A DNA stretch of 64,000 nucleotides from Pseudomonadota bacterium (GCA_021816625.1 JAKAXM010000005.1:534-64533), one strand, 5' to 3'; shown: positions 1 through 9,482, counted from the first letter of the stretch. Notes: generated by a model not told the origin, from the sequence alone. A program made the numbers and translations.

Positions 1-468
1 AGCACCTGTGAAAAACAATAGTGTTCTTTCGGGCGTTGTCCAAAGACCAGACGGCAATACGATTCCAGGCCGCCGCCACCGTCGGAGATGGATGCAGGCC
101 TGGCGACGCTCACGGGGCCGCCACAGCCCGGGTGCCGTCGTCCATTACCGCAGGCTCTCGTGGGACAGGGTGTAGCCGTGCCGGGCGGCAAGTTACGCGG
201 CGCCAAGAGTCGGTCCACAAGCCGCATAGGGGATCCGCACGAGTTCTAGAACCCGGCTGCCGTGCCTCCGGCAAGGCATGCGGAGGCTGCCGATAGCGGG
301 GTCGCGAGACCAGCCCGGCTACGCCCCCCTGCCGAAACCGCCGCACCAAGCGTTTGAGCTGTCGGACGGACAGCCCAAGCCTATGCGCCGCATCGCCGTG
401 CCTTGCCCGGTCGGCTTGCCGACCCTCTCCAGGATGACCGTCAGCCGATCCACTTCCTTGTGGCTCAT
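1..468 (-). pseudogene. Decayed ISNCY-like transposase N-terminal fragment with several frameshifts and stops; runs off the window start
   Basis: The minus-strand ATG at 468 gives MSHKEVDRLTVILERV. Similarity then continues only by changing frame: LGLSVRQLKRLVRRFRQGGVAGLVSRPR (frame of ORF 110..505), then GPTLGAA*LAARHGYTLSHESLR*W in a third frame with in-frame stops. This HTH N-terminus resembles ISNCY-type transposases as I remember them. The family was not verified. Confidence 0.6.
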
Positions 469-1856
469 GGTCACCGGCCCGGCTGCCACAATCCCCCCGC
501 AACAAAAGAGGGAGGCATCGTGAAATTGCCCAAAGGGGACATTAAGGCTTTGCGCTAACAGGAGGCAGAGTCAAGGCTTGCCCCTGAGCTTGCTTTTGTG
601 GTTTCATGCCGCCCCGCGTTCGGGAGGGCCGGCGCCGATCGCGAGGGCGATCTATGGCGAAGCTCAGAGCGGTGGCGGCGACAAAGTACGGGCGCGCTCT
701 AAATATTAGAATCTAATGAATAATTAAGATGTCGAGCGGCAAGAAAAACATATTGCGAAGCCGTTGGATATCCTCTACGATCTCGCCGTTCACTCAGCTG
801 TAGGGTGAAAACGGGAAGGGCGAGGTCCCATGGCCAAAAGAGGCAGGGAACGCGTCACGCCCATATTAAGCACAAGAACCCGGGGCCGCGTTGATAGTGG
901 TCAAGGGCGGCGTACCCCGTACGAGGTATTGCCGTAGGGGTCCGGTTGCAAGGGGAGACGCCGTCACTAACGCGTCCACCCCAGACCGCGGGTTTGCCGA
1001 AGGCAGGCAAGCCCTACGAATGAACGAGACAACCAGCTCATCTCGCAGGCGGGGTGAGTGAGGGGCGGAAATCTAGCAGATGCCGAGAGCGCTTGAGCTC
1101 AAGCTCGTCACATCGGTGCGGCCCATAACCGCACGGCCGGGGACGCTTTTTTTGACGTGCGTACTGTCCCTCGCCCGGCGCGGTCTGTGGCGCCCCCTTC
1201 ATTTGGGATGGGCGCAACTCTACCCGCGGGCGATCGCCTCCTTTGGCTGGGGCGTAAAGCTCATGGGGATAAGCCGCTCGCATCGGATCTTGCGCCCTTT
1301 CCCATACGTGTCCACAGCCCTCCGTAATGCCCTCATTGTTGATCCTAGAATTCCGCAACGACCCCGCGTAGCGATCACGACCCGTGACCTATCCGAGGCG
1401 ATGCCCTTTGCTTCCCCTGGCGTCCCGCGGTACGGCGCCGGTATTCACGCCCTAATGACCCGGATACTCGGCCGTGCGCCGACCCCATTCCAGGGCCTGT
1501 GCGTGCGCGCCCTTGTCGGCCGCTACGCGCACCTATTCGTATCCATTGGACAGACATTCGCCATAAAGTTCCCAAGCTTCCGTGACCGGTGGTCGTGCTG
1601 TGACGAACGGCACCATAGGGCCCCGGCAGGGGCCGAAGTCGTCGCGGTCAGCGGTCTGGCTGGGATCTAGCGATCCGGGGTCCGGGCGCGTGCCCGGGCC
1701 GGGAACGACTTGGCTTAGCGTAGGGCCCCTACCGGCGGGGTGAGGAGAGTCACGACCGACGGTAGAAGGGGTGATGATGTTGATGCGGTCGCGGCCGGCG
1801 CTATGCCGTCTGCGTCCGACTTTTACAGTTGTTCGTTTCACAGGGAGAAGAAGAGT

Positions 1857-3335
1857 ATGGCATTTAAAATTCCAAAATTAGAACCGAGAAAGCTCATCGC
1901 CGTGACATCGGTGGTCGGTGGCTTGGCGATGTCGGCCAATGCCTGGGCGTTGCCCTCGTTTGCCCGGCAGACTGGCTGGTCCTGCGCCACCTGTCACACA
2001 TCTTTTCCGCAGCTCACCCCGATGGGGCGCATGTTCAAGTTGATGGGCTTTACCACCACCAACCTGCAGCCCCAGCAGAAGGTCGAGGGTAAGCTTGGTC
2101 ATACCGTAGGCCTCCTGATCCCGCGCATCTCGCAGTTCTCCATCTTCGTGCAGGCCGCGGCAACCCATGTGGCCGGCGGCCAACAGGTGCTGGGCGGCTA
2201 TGGGGCGACACGAGCTGGCGGCAGCTCGGTTTCGAGCAATAACAACATCGAGGCCCCGCAGCAGGTCAGTTTGTTCTACGCCGGCGCCCTGTCGCCGCAT
2301 GTGGGCGATTTCCTGCATATCACCTATGGTGGCGATAACGGGGGCGGCTTTGGTTTCGACGACTCGAGTGTGGTCCACACACGCGCCTATAGTCTCGCGC
2401 CCCAGAACACCTTGATCGTCGGCGAGGATGTGAACAATACGCCGACCGCCATGGATGTCTGGAACACCTCGACCGACTGGAACTCGCCGTTCTATTTCTC
2501 GAGCTACACGGCCTTTGGCGCGGTTCCGACGACCTTTATCGCCAATACGGCCGGCGCGAACATGCCCTTGATAGCCCCCGGGGCGTATGTGGCGGATATC
2601 TTTGGCGCCAATCGGGCCAATTGGCTCTACGCTGACTTCGACGTCTACACCAACTCGGAGGGCACGCAGGCAGGGCCCAACGCAGGTGGCAGTTTTGCCC
2701 CAGGCGGCTCTACGCCGGCTATGGGTGAATTGGCAGGGCCTGCCCCCTATATCCGCTTGGCCTATCAGCACGACTGGTCCAACTGGAACTGGGAAGTCGG
2801 TTCCTACGACATGTGGTCGCGCGTCTATGCAACGCCCACGGGCAATGCCGTCAACCACTTCAACGACTACGACCTTGACTCCCAGTTGCAGTGGCTCAAC
2901 ATCAACGACAACGACAACCTGACCGTCCGCATGAATTTCATTCATGAAGACGAAAGCTTCGCGGCGTCCCAGATCGGGACTGAAACGAGCGTGGGTCACG
3001 GCCAGTTGAACACCTTGGACCTGAATGCGACCTATTGGTGGCACGATCGCTATGCGGCCCAAGGCGGCTTCCAGGATGCGACCGGTACGGCCAACGCGCT
3101 CTTCTGGGGCCAGGGTCCGACGAACGCGGCTGGGGCCACGATATGGTCGAACAACGGCTCGCCTAACAGTTCTGACGAGTGGGTCGAGGCGTCCTACCTC
3201 CCGTGGTGGAATATGCGCTTCTCGGTGCGTTACACGTTCTTCAACGAGTTCCGCGGACTGAAGGGTGCAACGGCCACCACGCCGAGCGCCTCGAAATTCA
3301 ACACCGTCGAACTGTTGGCTTGGTTTGCCTATTAA
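1857..3335 (+). CDS. cyc2: Cyc2-type outer-membrane monohaem cytochrome c fused to a porin-like beta-barrel (candidate Fe(II) oxidase)
   Basis: 492 aa from ATG 1857, with GGGAGA about 10 nt upstream; the upstream part of ORF 1740 is Arg-rich junk. It has a signal peptide and a single CxxCH (SCATCH) near the mature N-terminus. About 450 aa of Gly/Ser/Thr/aromatic-rich barrel-like sequence follow, ending ELLAWFAY. It is the first gene of a cyc2-cyc1-acoP-coxBACD row, as in the Acidithiobacillus ferrooxidans rus operon. Confidence 0.85.
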   Translation: MAFKIPKLEPRKLIAVTSVVGGLAMSANAWALPSFARQTGWSCATCHTSFPQLTPMGRMFKLMGFTTTNLQPQQKVEGKLGHTVGLLIPRISQFSIFVQAAATHVAGGQQVLGGYGATRAGGSSVSSNNNIEAPQQVSLFYAGALSPHVGDFLHITYGGDNGGGFGFDDSSVVHTRAYSLAPQNTLIVGEDVNNTPTAMDVWNTSTDWNSPFYFSSYTAFGAVPTTFIANTAGANMPLIAPGAYVADIFGANRANWLYADFDVYTNSEGTQAGPNAGGSFAPGGSTPAMGELAGPAPYIRLAYQHDWSNWNWEVGSYDMWSRVYATPTGNAVNHFNDYDLDSQLQWLNINDNDNLTVRMNFIHEDESFAASQIGTETSVGHGQLNTLDLNATYWWHDRYAAQGGFQDATGTANALFWGQGPTNAAGATIWSNNGSPNSSDEWVEASYLPWWNMRFSVRYTFFNEFRGLKGATATTPSASKFNTVELLAWFAY

Positions 3336-3350
3336 GGAAGGATGCTGATT

Positions 3351-4040
3351 ATGATGACGCTTTCAGAGAGACAAGAAGCACGGCGGGCGCGCAAAAAGGA
3401 CGCGGCCCGTAACCGGACCGTAGGTCTCATCGCGCCCCTGGCTGCGGCCTTAGTCGTTTTCGCGGGGCCGGCCGGCGCGCAGACCACAGAGGCTGTGAGC
3501 CATGGCCACATCCCTTATCGCGTGAGCAGCGACTGTATGGTCTGTCACGGCATGCGGGGCTCGGCCACCGACTACGGTGTGATCCCGCGCCTGGCCGGGC
3601 AGCACAAGTCCTACCTGGTAATGCAATTGAACCAGTTCAAAAAGCACACCCGCGCCGATCAGAACGGCCAGCTGTACATGTGGCCGGTGGCGCAAGGCCT
3701 CACGACCCGCCAGATCAACGAGGTGGCGACCTATTTCGCGGCGCAGCGTCCGCGGTTTGGGTCGAGCGGGGTATCTCACAAAGGGGTGGCGGCCGGCAAG
3801 GCGATCTTTACGAATGGCGTAACGTCCGAGCAGATCCCGGCCTGCGCCGAGTGCCATGGGGCCAATGCCCAGGGTGCCGGCACGTTCCCGGACATCGCCG
3901 GCCAACGCTATGAGTACATCGTCCAGCAGCTCAAGTACTTCCATAATGGGACGCGCAAAAACGAGCTGATGAATCAGATTGCGAAGAACATTACGCCGGC
4001 GCAGGAGAAAGAGGTCGCGGCGTATCTGTCCTCGCTTTAA
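3351..4040 (+). CDS. cyc1: Dihaem c4-type periplasmic cytochrome c (Cyc1-like)
   Basis: Signal peptide ending FAGPAGAQ and two CxxCH motifs (CMVCH, CAECH). It lies directly after cyc2. Start 3351 is preferred over 3342 because the AAGGAAGG RBS abuts 3342. Confidence 0.85.
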   Translation: MMTLSERQEARRARKKDAARNRTVGLIAPLAAALVVFAGPAGAQTTEAVSHGHIPYRVSSDCMVCHGMRGSATDYGVIPRLAGQHKSYLVMQLNQFKKHTRADQNGQLYMWPVAQGLTTRQINEVATYFAAQRPRFGSSGVSHKGVAAGKAIFTNGVTSEQIPACAECHGANAQGAGTFPDIAGQRYEYIVQQLKYFHNGTRKNELMNQIAKNITPAQEKEVAAYLSSL

Positions 4041-4062
4041 GGACGACCAGTACGAGTAGGGA

Positions 4063-4095
4063 CGACCCAACACCTCATTTGGGGGTGTTGGGTCG
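4063..4095 (+). other. Perfect 12-bp stem-loop between cyc1 and acoP, with no U-tract
   Basis: CGACCCAACACC (4063-4074), a 9-nt loop, then GGTGTTGGGTCG (4084-4095). It is followed by GATTGG, not a T-run. Confidence 0.6.
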
Positions 4096-4139
4096 GATTG
4101 GTGGCACGCCTTAGCGTCCATATTAGGAGGAAACAAGAG

Positions 4140-4691
4140 ATGGCGGCAGGAAAGGGTACGGGGGGAGTCCTCGCATCCGGCGTGTTATGCGCCGCGGTGA
4201 TATTCGGGGCGCTGCGGTGGGAGCATACCGTTGCGCTTCCGGTGAGTAGCGGAAAGGTGGTTAACGGGGTGCATCACTACACCGTCAACGAGTTCAACTA
4301 TTACTATGTGCCTACGCATTTCACGTGGCATGTGGGCGAAAAGGTGCAAATGACGGTGGTCGACCGGTCGCAGTCGGCGCCGCCGTTGCCCCACCAGTTC
4401 TCCATCGGGCGTGATCTGGCGACCCGTAACAACGGTTTCCTGCATTCGCAGGCCTTGGCGGTGGGTTGGAAGAAGAACTTCTTTGACGGCGTGCCGATCA
4501 CGGCCGGCGGTCAGACGGGTCCGATTCCGGCGTTTTCGGTGAGCTTGAACCCGGGCCAGAAGTTCACGTTCAGCTTTACCGTGCCCAATAAGCCCGGTAA
4601 GTGGAATTACGCCTGCTTCCTGCAGACGGGTCAGCACTTCATGAACGGGATGCGCGGTGTCATCAACGTATTACCGGCGCAGGGGGCGTAA
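4140..4691 (+). CDS. acoP: AcoP-like membrane-anchored cupredoxin (cytochrome c oxidase partner)
   Basis: AGGAGG lies 9 nt upstream of ATG 4140, and there is an N-terminal TM helix. Counting from this Met, the candidate Cu ligands fall at His85 (PHQFSIG), Cys159, His166 and Met171 (YACFLQTGQHFMNGM). These are the same positions I recall for A. ferrooxidans AcoP. Operon position is between cyc1 and coxB. Confidence 0.85.
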   Translation: MAAGKGTGGVLASGVLCAAVIFGALRWEHTVALPVSSGKVVNGVHHYTVNEFNYYYVPTHFTWHVGEKVQMTVVDRSQSAPPLPHQFSIGRDLATRNNGFLHSQALAVGWKKNFFDGVPITAGGQTGPIPAFSVSLNPGQKFTFSFTVPNKPGKWNYACFLQTGQHFMNGMRGVINVLPAQGA

Positions 4692-4700
4692 GGGGGAGCG

Positions 4701-5462
4701 ATGAGCGCAAAATCAGAAAATCTCATGAAGGCTTTTTGGGAACTCGTCGTCGTTTGGGTCATCGGCTTGGTCATTGCCGAATGGCTCGTGCACGTCGGGA
4801 TCGATCATTGGCCGCTCATAGGCAGCGTCCAGGCGCAGATCACCGCCGACGCGACTACCTACCTTGTATGGCAGGCGGTGGCGATCTATGTGCTTGTGGG
4901 CGGCACGATCGTTTATAGCGCCTTCCGGTTCCGGGCGCGTGATAACGACAATACCCCCCCGACCTACCAGAAGCGCTATTGGGCGCCGTTCGTGGTGTTT
5001 TGGCTGGGTATGAGTATCGCGATCAACTTGGCCAACACGATCTACCCCGGCATGGTGGGGCTGGAACAGTTGTGGGCGATACAGTTGAACGCCAAGCACC
5101 CCTTGGTGGTGGACGTGACGGCCCAGCAATGGAAATGGACGTTCTCCTATCCGAAGCAGGGCATAACGGACGTATCGCAACTCGTGGTACCGGTGGGGCG
5201 GACGGTAGAGTTCGTGTTGCGTACCAAGGACGTGATGCATGACTTCTGGGTCCCGGCTTGGGGCATCAAGAAAGACGTGATCCCGAACGAGATCCGGCAT
5301 CTCTACATCACGCCGACCGTGCTCGGTTCGACCAAGACGAATCCGATGATTCGTGTTCAGTGTTCGCTGATCTGCGGTAATGGCCACCCCATGATGCGCG
5401 CGCCGGTGCAGGTATTGACCAAGGCGGCGTTTAAGACATGGGTATCGAACAACAGTTTCTGA
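4701..5462 (+). CDS. coxB: aa3-type cytochrome c oxidase subunit II
   Basis: Two N-terminal TM helices followed by a cupredoxin domain with CuA-type ligands: HDFWVP and CSLICGNGHPMM. Confidence 0.9.
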   Translation: MSAKSENLMKAFWELVVVWVIGLVIAEWLVHVGIDHWPLIGSVQAQITADATTYLVWQAVAIYVLVGGTIVYSAFRFRARDNDNTPPTYQKRYWAPFVVFWLGMSIAINLANTIYPGMVGLEQLWAIQLNAKHPLVVDVTAQQWKWTFSYPKQGITDVSQLVVPVGRTVEFVLRTKDVMHDFWVPAWGIKKDVIPNEIRHLYITPTVLGSTKTNPMIRVQCSLICGNGHPMMRAPVQVLTKAAFKTWVSNNSF

Positions 5463-5515
5463 GGCGCCGACCGACTCGGCTGGGCATGATTACGGGATAG
5501 GAAGAGGAAATTACG

Positions 5516-7402
5516 ATGGCGACTACAGGTGTTCAGGGGCGGGCAGTAGAAGGGACTGGGGGAGGCGGCGAGCCTTTTGCCTGGTCCATGGTATTACCGC
5601 TGGTCCGTGCCGGTTTTATGGGATTTACGGGCTATTTCGCGGCAGCGTGGATCACGGCCATGATCGGCCACACGGTGATCGTCAATCCCTTGCCGGCGAC
5701 GGTGGGTTACGTGGTGGGTCTGCTCGCCTGGTTGGCAGGCAGTGGGATTTGGGACGGCTGGATTCGCCGCGCCTTCGGGGGTGCAGAAGCCCCGGCTTTG
5801 ACGGGCGTGGAGCGGTACTTTCGTTTCAGCTCCGACCCCAAGGCGACGGCGGTCCGTTACGTCATCTTCAACGTCCTGGCCTTTTTCTTCGCAGGCCTTG
5901 CGGCGATGGCGATTCGTATCGAACTCTTGACGCCGGACTCCACGAAGTGGTGGTTGTCGGAGGTGCATTACAACCAGACCTTCGGTATCCACGGTCTCAT
6001 GATGTTGCTCGCGGTTGCCGCGTCGGCCATCGTGGGCGGCATGGGCTATTACCTGCTGCCGATGATGCTGGGTGCGCGGACCGTGATCTTCCCGCGGCTT
6101 CTGGGTTTGAGCTGGTGGCTGCTGCCGCCGGCGGCCGTCGCGGTCTTCATGAGCCCCTTGATCGGTGGTTTTCAGACCGGCTGGTGGGGCTATCCGCCGC
6201 TTGCGCAGAATAGCGGTAGCGGTATCGTGTTCTATACCCTGGGTGCGGCGACCCTGCTCACGAGTTCGCTGCTCGGCGGTATCAATATCATCGGCACGAT
6301 CGTGTACATGCGCGCCAAGGGGATGAGCCTCGGGCGTATCCCCATGTTTCTGTGGGGTCTGTTCGCGGCCGGCACGATCCTGATCGTCGAAGCCCCCGCG
6401 ACCTTCACGGGCACTTTGATGGATCTGTCGGACATGATCCTCGGCAGCCACTTCTATACCGGTCCGACCGGCCATCCCTTGGCCTACGATGACCAGTTCT
6501 GGTGGCTGTTCCATCCGGAAGTGTACGTGTTCGTGCTGCCGGCGTTTGCCTTGTGGCTCGAGATCCTGCCTGCGGCCGCCCAGCGTCCTGTGTTTGCCCG
6601 TAACTGGGGCATCGCGGGCATCCTCGGTATCACGATGATCGGCGCCATGGTCGGCGTGCATCACTACTTCACCGCCGTCAGCGATGAACGTATGCCGATC
6701 TTCATGACCTTGACGGAGACCATCTCGATCCCCAGCGGCTTCGTGTTCCTCTGTGCACTGGGCACGCTCTGGGGCGGACGGTTGCGTCTGACCTCACCGG
6801 CGCTCCTTTGCCTCATGGCCATGATGAACTTCCTGATCGGGGGACTGACCGGGATATTCAACGCGGACGTGCCGGCGGACCTGCAGCTGCACAACACCTA
6901 CTGGGTGATTGGGCACTTCCACTACACGATCCTGGGCTCGGTGATCTTCAGCTGGCTCGCGGGTCTTTACTGGTGGTTCCCGAAAGTCACGGGCCGGCTG
7001 GTGAATGAGTTCTGGGCGAAGTTCCATGCCTGGTGGTTCTTCATCTTCTTCAACATGACCTTCCTGCCGATGTTTATCCTGGGCATCGAAGGCATGAACC
7101 GGCGTATCGCGGTGTACTTGCCCTATCTGCACCCCTTGAACGAGTTCGTTTCGATCTCCTCGTTCTTCCTGGGCGCGGGCTTCCTGATTCCGGCCGCCAA
7201 TCTGTTCTTCAGCTGGCGCTCGGGCAAGAAGGCCCCGCAGAACCCGTGGGGCAGCAAGTCCTTGGAATGGCATTCGCCGTCGCCTACCCCGTACATCGTG
7301 TTCCCTGAAGGGAGCGAGGTGACGGTCGTCGGCCCGAATGACAATTACGCCGCTGGCGCGCCGGAGCCCTTTGTCTGGGCGCCGACCACGGCCGGCAAGT
7401 AA
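5516..7402 (+). CDS. coxA: aa3-type cytochrome c oxidase subunit I
   Basis: 628 aa and polytopic. Haem-copper oxidase signatures are present: LFHPEVYVFVLPAF, GVHHYF and VIGHFHYTIL. Confidence 0.95.
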   Translation: MATTGVQGRAVEGTGGGGEPFAWSMVLPLVRAGFMGFTGYFAAAWITAMIGHTVIVNPLPATVGYVVGLLAWLAGSGIWDGWIRRAFGGAEAPALTGVERYFRFSSDPKATAVRYVIFNVLAFFFAGLAAMAIRIELLTPDSTKWWLSEVHYNQTFGIHGLMMLLAVAASAIVGGMGYYLLPMMLGARTVIFPRLLGLSWWLLPPAAVAVFMSPLIGGFQTGWWGYPPLAQNSGSGIVFYTLGAATLLTSSLLGGINIIGTIVYMRAKGMSLGRIPMFLWGLFAAGTILIVEAPATFTGTLMDLSDMILGSHFYTGPTGHPLAYDDQFWWLFHPEVYVFVLPAFALWLEILPAAAQRPVFARNWGIAGILGITMIGAMVGVHHYFTAVSDERMPIFMTLTETISIPSGFVFLCALGTLWGGRLRLTSPALLCLMAMMNFLIGGLTGIFNADVPADLQLHNTYWVIGHFHYTILGSVIFSWLAGLYWWFPKVTGRLVNEFWAKFHAWWFFIFFNMTFLPMFILGIEGMNRRIAVYLPYLHPLNEFVSISSFFLGAGFLIPAANLFFSWRSGKKAPQNPWGSKSLEWHSPSPTPYIVFPEGSEVTVVGPNDNYAAGAPEPFVWAPTTAGK

Positions 7403-7420
7403 CACGCGGAGGAACTGTAT

Positions 7421-7975
7421 ATGGCAGTAGAAATGGCAAGACCATTGATGGACCCGGCCCCGGAACGGGCCAAGCGCGGCGCGTTCTTCTTCCCCATGAT
7501 GTTCATGGGGATCTTGTCCGCCGCGTGGTTCCTCGCGCGCTTCATGTGGGGCGGCACGAGCGTACCGAAAGGCGTCGACATGGGTATGGGGATCGGGCTT
7601 ACGGTGCTCATGCTTTTGAGCATAGGCCCGATGCTGGGAGCTCGCGGCAAGCTCAATCGGGGCGAGGATGCCGGTGCGATCGGGAACTTCGCGATCCTGA
7701 TGGTGGTCGCGATCTTGATGATCGCCGGCATCATCTCGACCTGGGGAGCTATACCTATAGGCACAGGCTATGGTGGCATCTACGATGTCACGAGTGGCTG
7801 GATCGGGCTCTACTTCGTGGGCGGCCTGCTGGGTCTTTTGGCGAGCTTCATGAAGGGTAAGCGTGTGCCGGAGCGGTTCCGTAATGAGCGGTGGGTCGCG
7901 CATAACGTGGTCAGTTTTTGGGGCGAGCTCGTCTTGCTCTGGACCGCGTTCTTCGTGGTCTTCTACTTGCTCTAA
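7421..7975 (+). CDS. coxC: Oxidase subunit III-like membrane protein (CoxC of rus-type operons)
   Basis: 184 aa with several hydrophobic helices, starting 18 nt after coxA. The assignment rests mainly on size and position. Confidence 0.6.
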   Translation: MAVEMARPLMDPAPERAKRGAFFFPMMFMGILSAAWFLARFMWGGTSVPKGVDMGMGIGLTVLMLLSIGPMLGARGKLNRGEDAGAIGNFAILMVVAILMIAGIISTWGAIPIGTGYGGIYDVTSGWIGLYFVGGLLGLLASFMKGKRVPERFRNERWVAHNVVSFWGELVLLWTAFFVVFYLL

Positions 7976-8012
7976 GACTCGGGCTGTCGCGCTTCATAGG
8001 AGGCACTTATAT

Positions 8013-8216
8013 ATGAATATGACATTGTCGCATCTTTCGTTCGTGATCCCGACTGGGGCCGATACGCCGATCTTCTTTTGGCTGATCGGGTTCATCGGCT
8101 TCCCGGTGAGCTTTCTCGCGATCTACTTCTGGTGGGTGTTGCGCGAGACGGCCAAGGAAGACCGGCTGCGGGTCATGAGCCGCAGCGGGAATTCCGCGGA
8201 CCCCGATAGCTATTAA
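8013..8216 (+). CDS. coxD: Small oxidase subunit IV-like membrane protein (CoxD of rus-type operons)
   Basis: 67 aa from ATG 8013, with AGGAGG about 10 nt upstream. One clear TM segment, IFFWLIGFIGFPVSFLAIYFWWVL. The assignment is by position. Confidence 0.5.
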   Translation: MNMTLSHLSFVIPTGADTPIFFWLIGFIGFPVSFLAIYFWWVLRETAKEDRLRVMSRSGNSADPDSY

Positions 8217-8244
8217 GGTGTCGGATAGCGGTTAGGGTAAGAAG

Positions 8245-8276
8245 CCCGGGGCGGCGGTCGCCGCCCCGGGTGTTTT
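8245..8276 (+). terminator. Rho-independent terminator after coxD
   Basis: CCCGGGGCGGCG / CGCCGCCCCGGG inverted repeat followed by TGTTTT. Confidence 0.7.
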
Positions 8277-8489
8277 ACGGTCGAAAGCGTCTTAGGGACG
8301 CCACAGGTTTCGAGGCTAAGTCGCAGGCAGTACGGTGGCTTGGTTAGGGGAGACGCGGGATCGGGCCATAGGCGCGATCCGCGAGCGGGGCAACAGGGAT
8401 GGTTGCGAGTCAAGGGGGTAAGGCGGGAGCGATCGCACAAGACCGGCCGCAGCGCCCCCATCCATCAAAAACAGATGTGAGACGCGAAC

Positions 8490-9449
8490 ATGAGCAATGA
8501 TCGGGCCCTTGCCGGCTCCTGGAAGTCCAAGATCGTGTCGTCATCGCGGAGTCTGGGGCTGGATCTCGTAGTCGTGCAGTCGTATTGCGAACTCACGAAG
8601 CCGCGAGTGGTCAGTCTTTTGATCTTTACCGCCATGGTGGGGATGTTGCTTGCCTTGCCTGCGGATCTTGGGCTTGCCCATTGGGGTGTCGTGTTGTGGG
8701 CGAATATCGGTATCGCCTTCGCGGCAGGGGCGGCGGCTGCCATAAACCACGTCGTCGACCGCCAGATCGATGGACAGATGCGGCGTACGGATAGTCGCCC
8801 GCTGCCCAATGAGACGATCTCGGTGACCGGGGCGCTGATCTTTGCGACCATCCTTATGGCCATGTCGGTGTTGATCCTGGTGCTGTTTGTAAATCGGCTC
8901 ACCGCGGTGCTGACCATGGGCGGCCTTGTGGGCTATGCCGGCATCTATACCGGCTTCCTGAAACGCCGTACCCCGCAGAATATTGTCTTGGGCGGAGCGG
9001 CCGGCGCTATCCCGCCGGTGCTGGGGTGGGCCGCGGTGACAGGGCACGCGGGCCTGGATAGCTGGATACTTTTTCTGATCGTGTTCTTATGGACGCCGGC
9101 GCATTTCTGGCCCCTTGCGATCTACCGGCGGGATGACTACGCGCGCGTCGGTATCCCCATGATGCCCGTGACGCACGGGGTCCGTCACACGAGCTGGCTT
9201 ATCCTCGGCTACACGATAGCGACCGTCTTGGCGACGCAGCTTCCTTATATGGTAGGCATGGGCGGACGACTTTATGTAATTGGGGCCGATTTGCTGGGTG
9301 CAGGCTTTCTCTATCATGCCTGGCGGCTGTTGACCGCGCCCCAACAGCACAACCCTATGCGGATGTTCGGCTATTCCATTGCCTATTTGGCCGGTATATT
9401 TGGCTTGTTGCTCGTGAATCATTACATGCACGGACTCATAAATTTTTAA
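8490..9449 (+). CDS. ctaB: Protohaem IX farnesyltransferase (haem O synthase)
   Basis: Polytopic UbiA-family protein with NHVVDRQIDGQMRRTDSRPLP and a later YRRDDY motif. Length and TM pattern are typical of CtaB/CyoE. Confidence 0.9.
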   Translation: MSNDRALAGSWKSKIVSSSRSLGLDLVVVQSYCELTKPRVVSLLIFTAMVGMLLALPADLGLAHWGVVLWANIGIAFAAGAAAAINHVVDRQIDGQMRRTDSRPLPNETISVTGALIFATILMAMSVLILVLFVNRLTAVLTMGGLVGYAGIYTGFLKRRTPQNIVLGGAAGAIPPVLGWAAVTGHAGLDSWILFLIVFLWTPAHFWPLAIYRRDDYARVGIPMMPVTHGVRHTSWLILGYTIATVLATQLPYMVGMGGRLYVIGADLLGAGFLYHAWRLLTAPQQHNPMRMFGYSIAYLAGIFGLLLVNHYMHGLINF

Positions 9450-9482
9450 GCAGGTTCTGGGCACGCGATTGAGGGAAACGGT

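Noticed and set aside
699-730. Fur-box-like AT-rich hexamers (TAGAAT CTAATG AATAAT)
   Set aside because: Only one hexamer fits the nATwAT model and there is no 7-1-7 inverted repeat. AT-rich islands give spurious matches, and this one lies about 1.1 kb from cyc2.
928-940. 13-nt near-match between 928-940 (reverse complement CCCCTACGGCAAT) and 26032-26045 (CCCCGTACGGCAAT) next to tRNA-Ser, considered as a possible att-like repeat
   Set aside because: It has one indel and is only 13 nt long. Matches of this size are expected many times by chance in 64 kb on two strands.
780-1160. Possible group II intron 3' half, retron ncRNA, RNase P, tmRNA or riboswitch in the structured GC-rich segment
   Set aside because: I could not find a domain V with a GNRA loop and catalytic triad, and there is no RT or maturase ORF. 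The RNase P P4 (GAAAGUCC), the tmRNA 3' end, and the B12 and GEMM cores are also absent. The segment remains unexplained rather than assigned.
1080-1670. 196-aa plus-strand ORF upstream of cyc2
   Set aside because: It uses many codons that are rare in the real genes here (ATA, CTA, AGA, AGG, GTA). It has no RBS and no recognisable motifs, and its 5' end runs through a palindrome, a hairpin and a T7 tract. I treat it as non-coding or decayed sequence.
1878-3062. 394-aa minus-strand ORF antisense to cyc2; similar long antisense ORFs at 5594..6664 and 6794..7903 inside coxA
   Set aside because: The sense-strand products carry definitive motifs (CxxCH plus barrel; haem-copper oxidase signatures). 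The antisense translations are Arg/Gly/His-rich junk.
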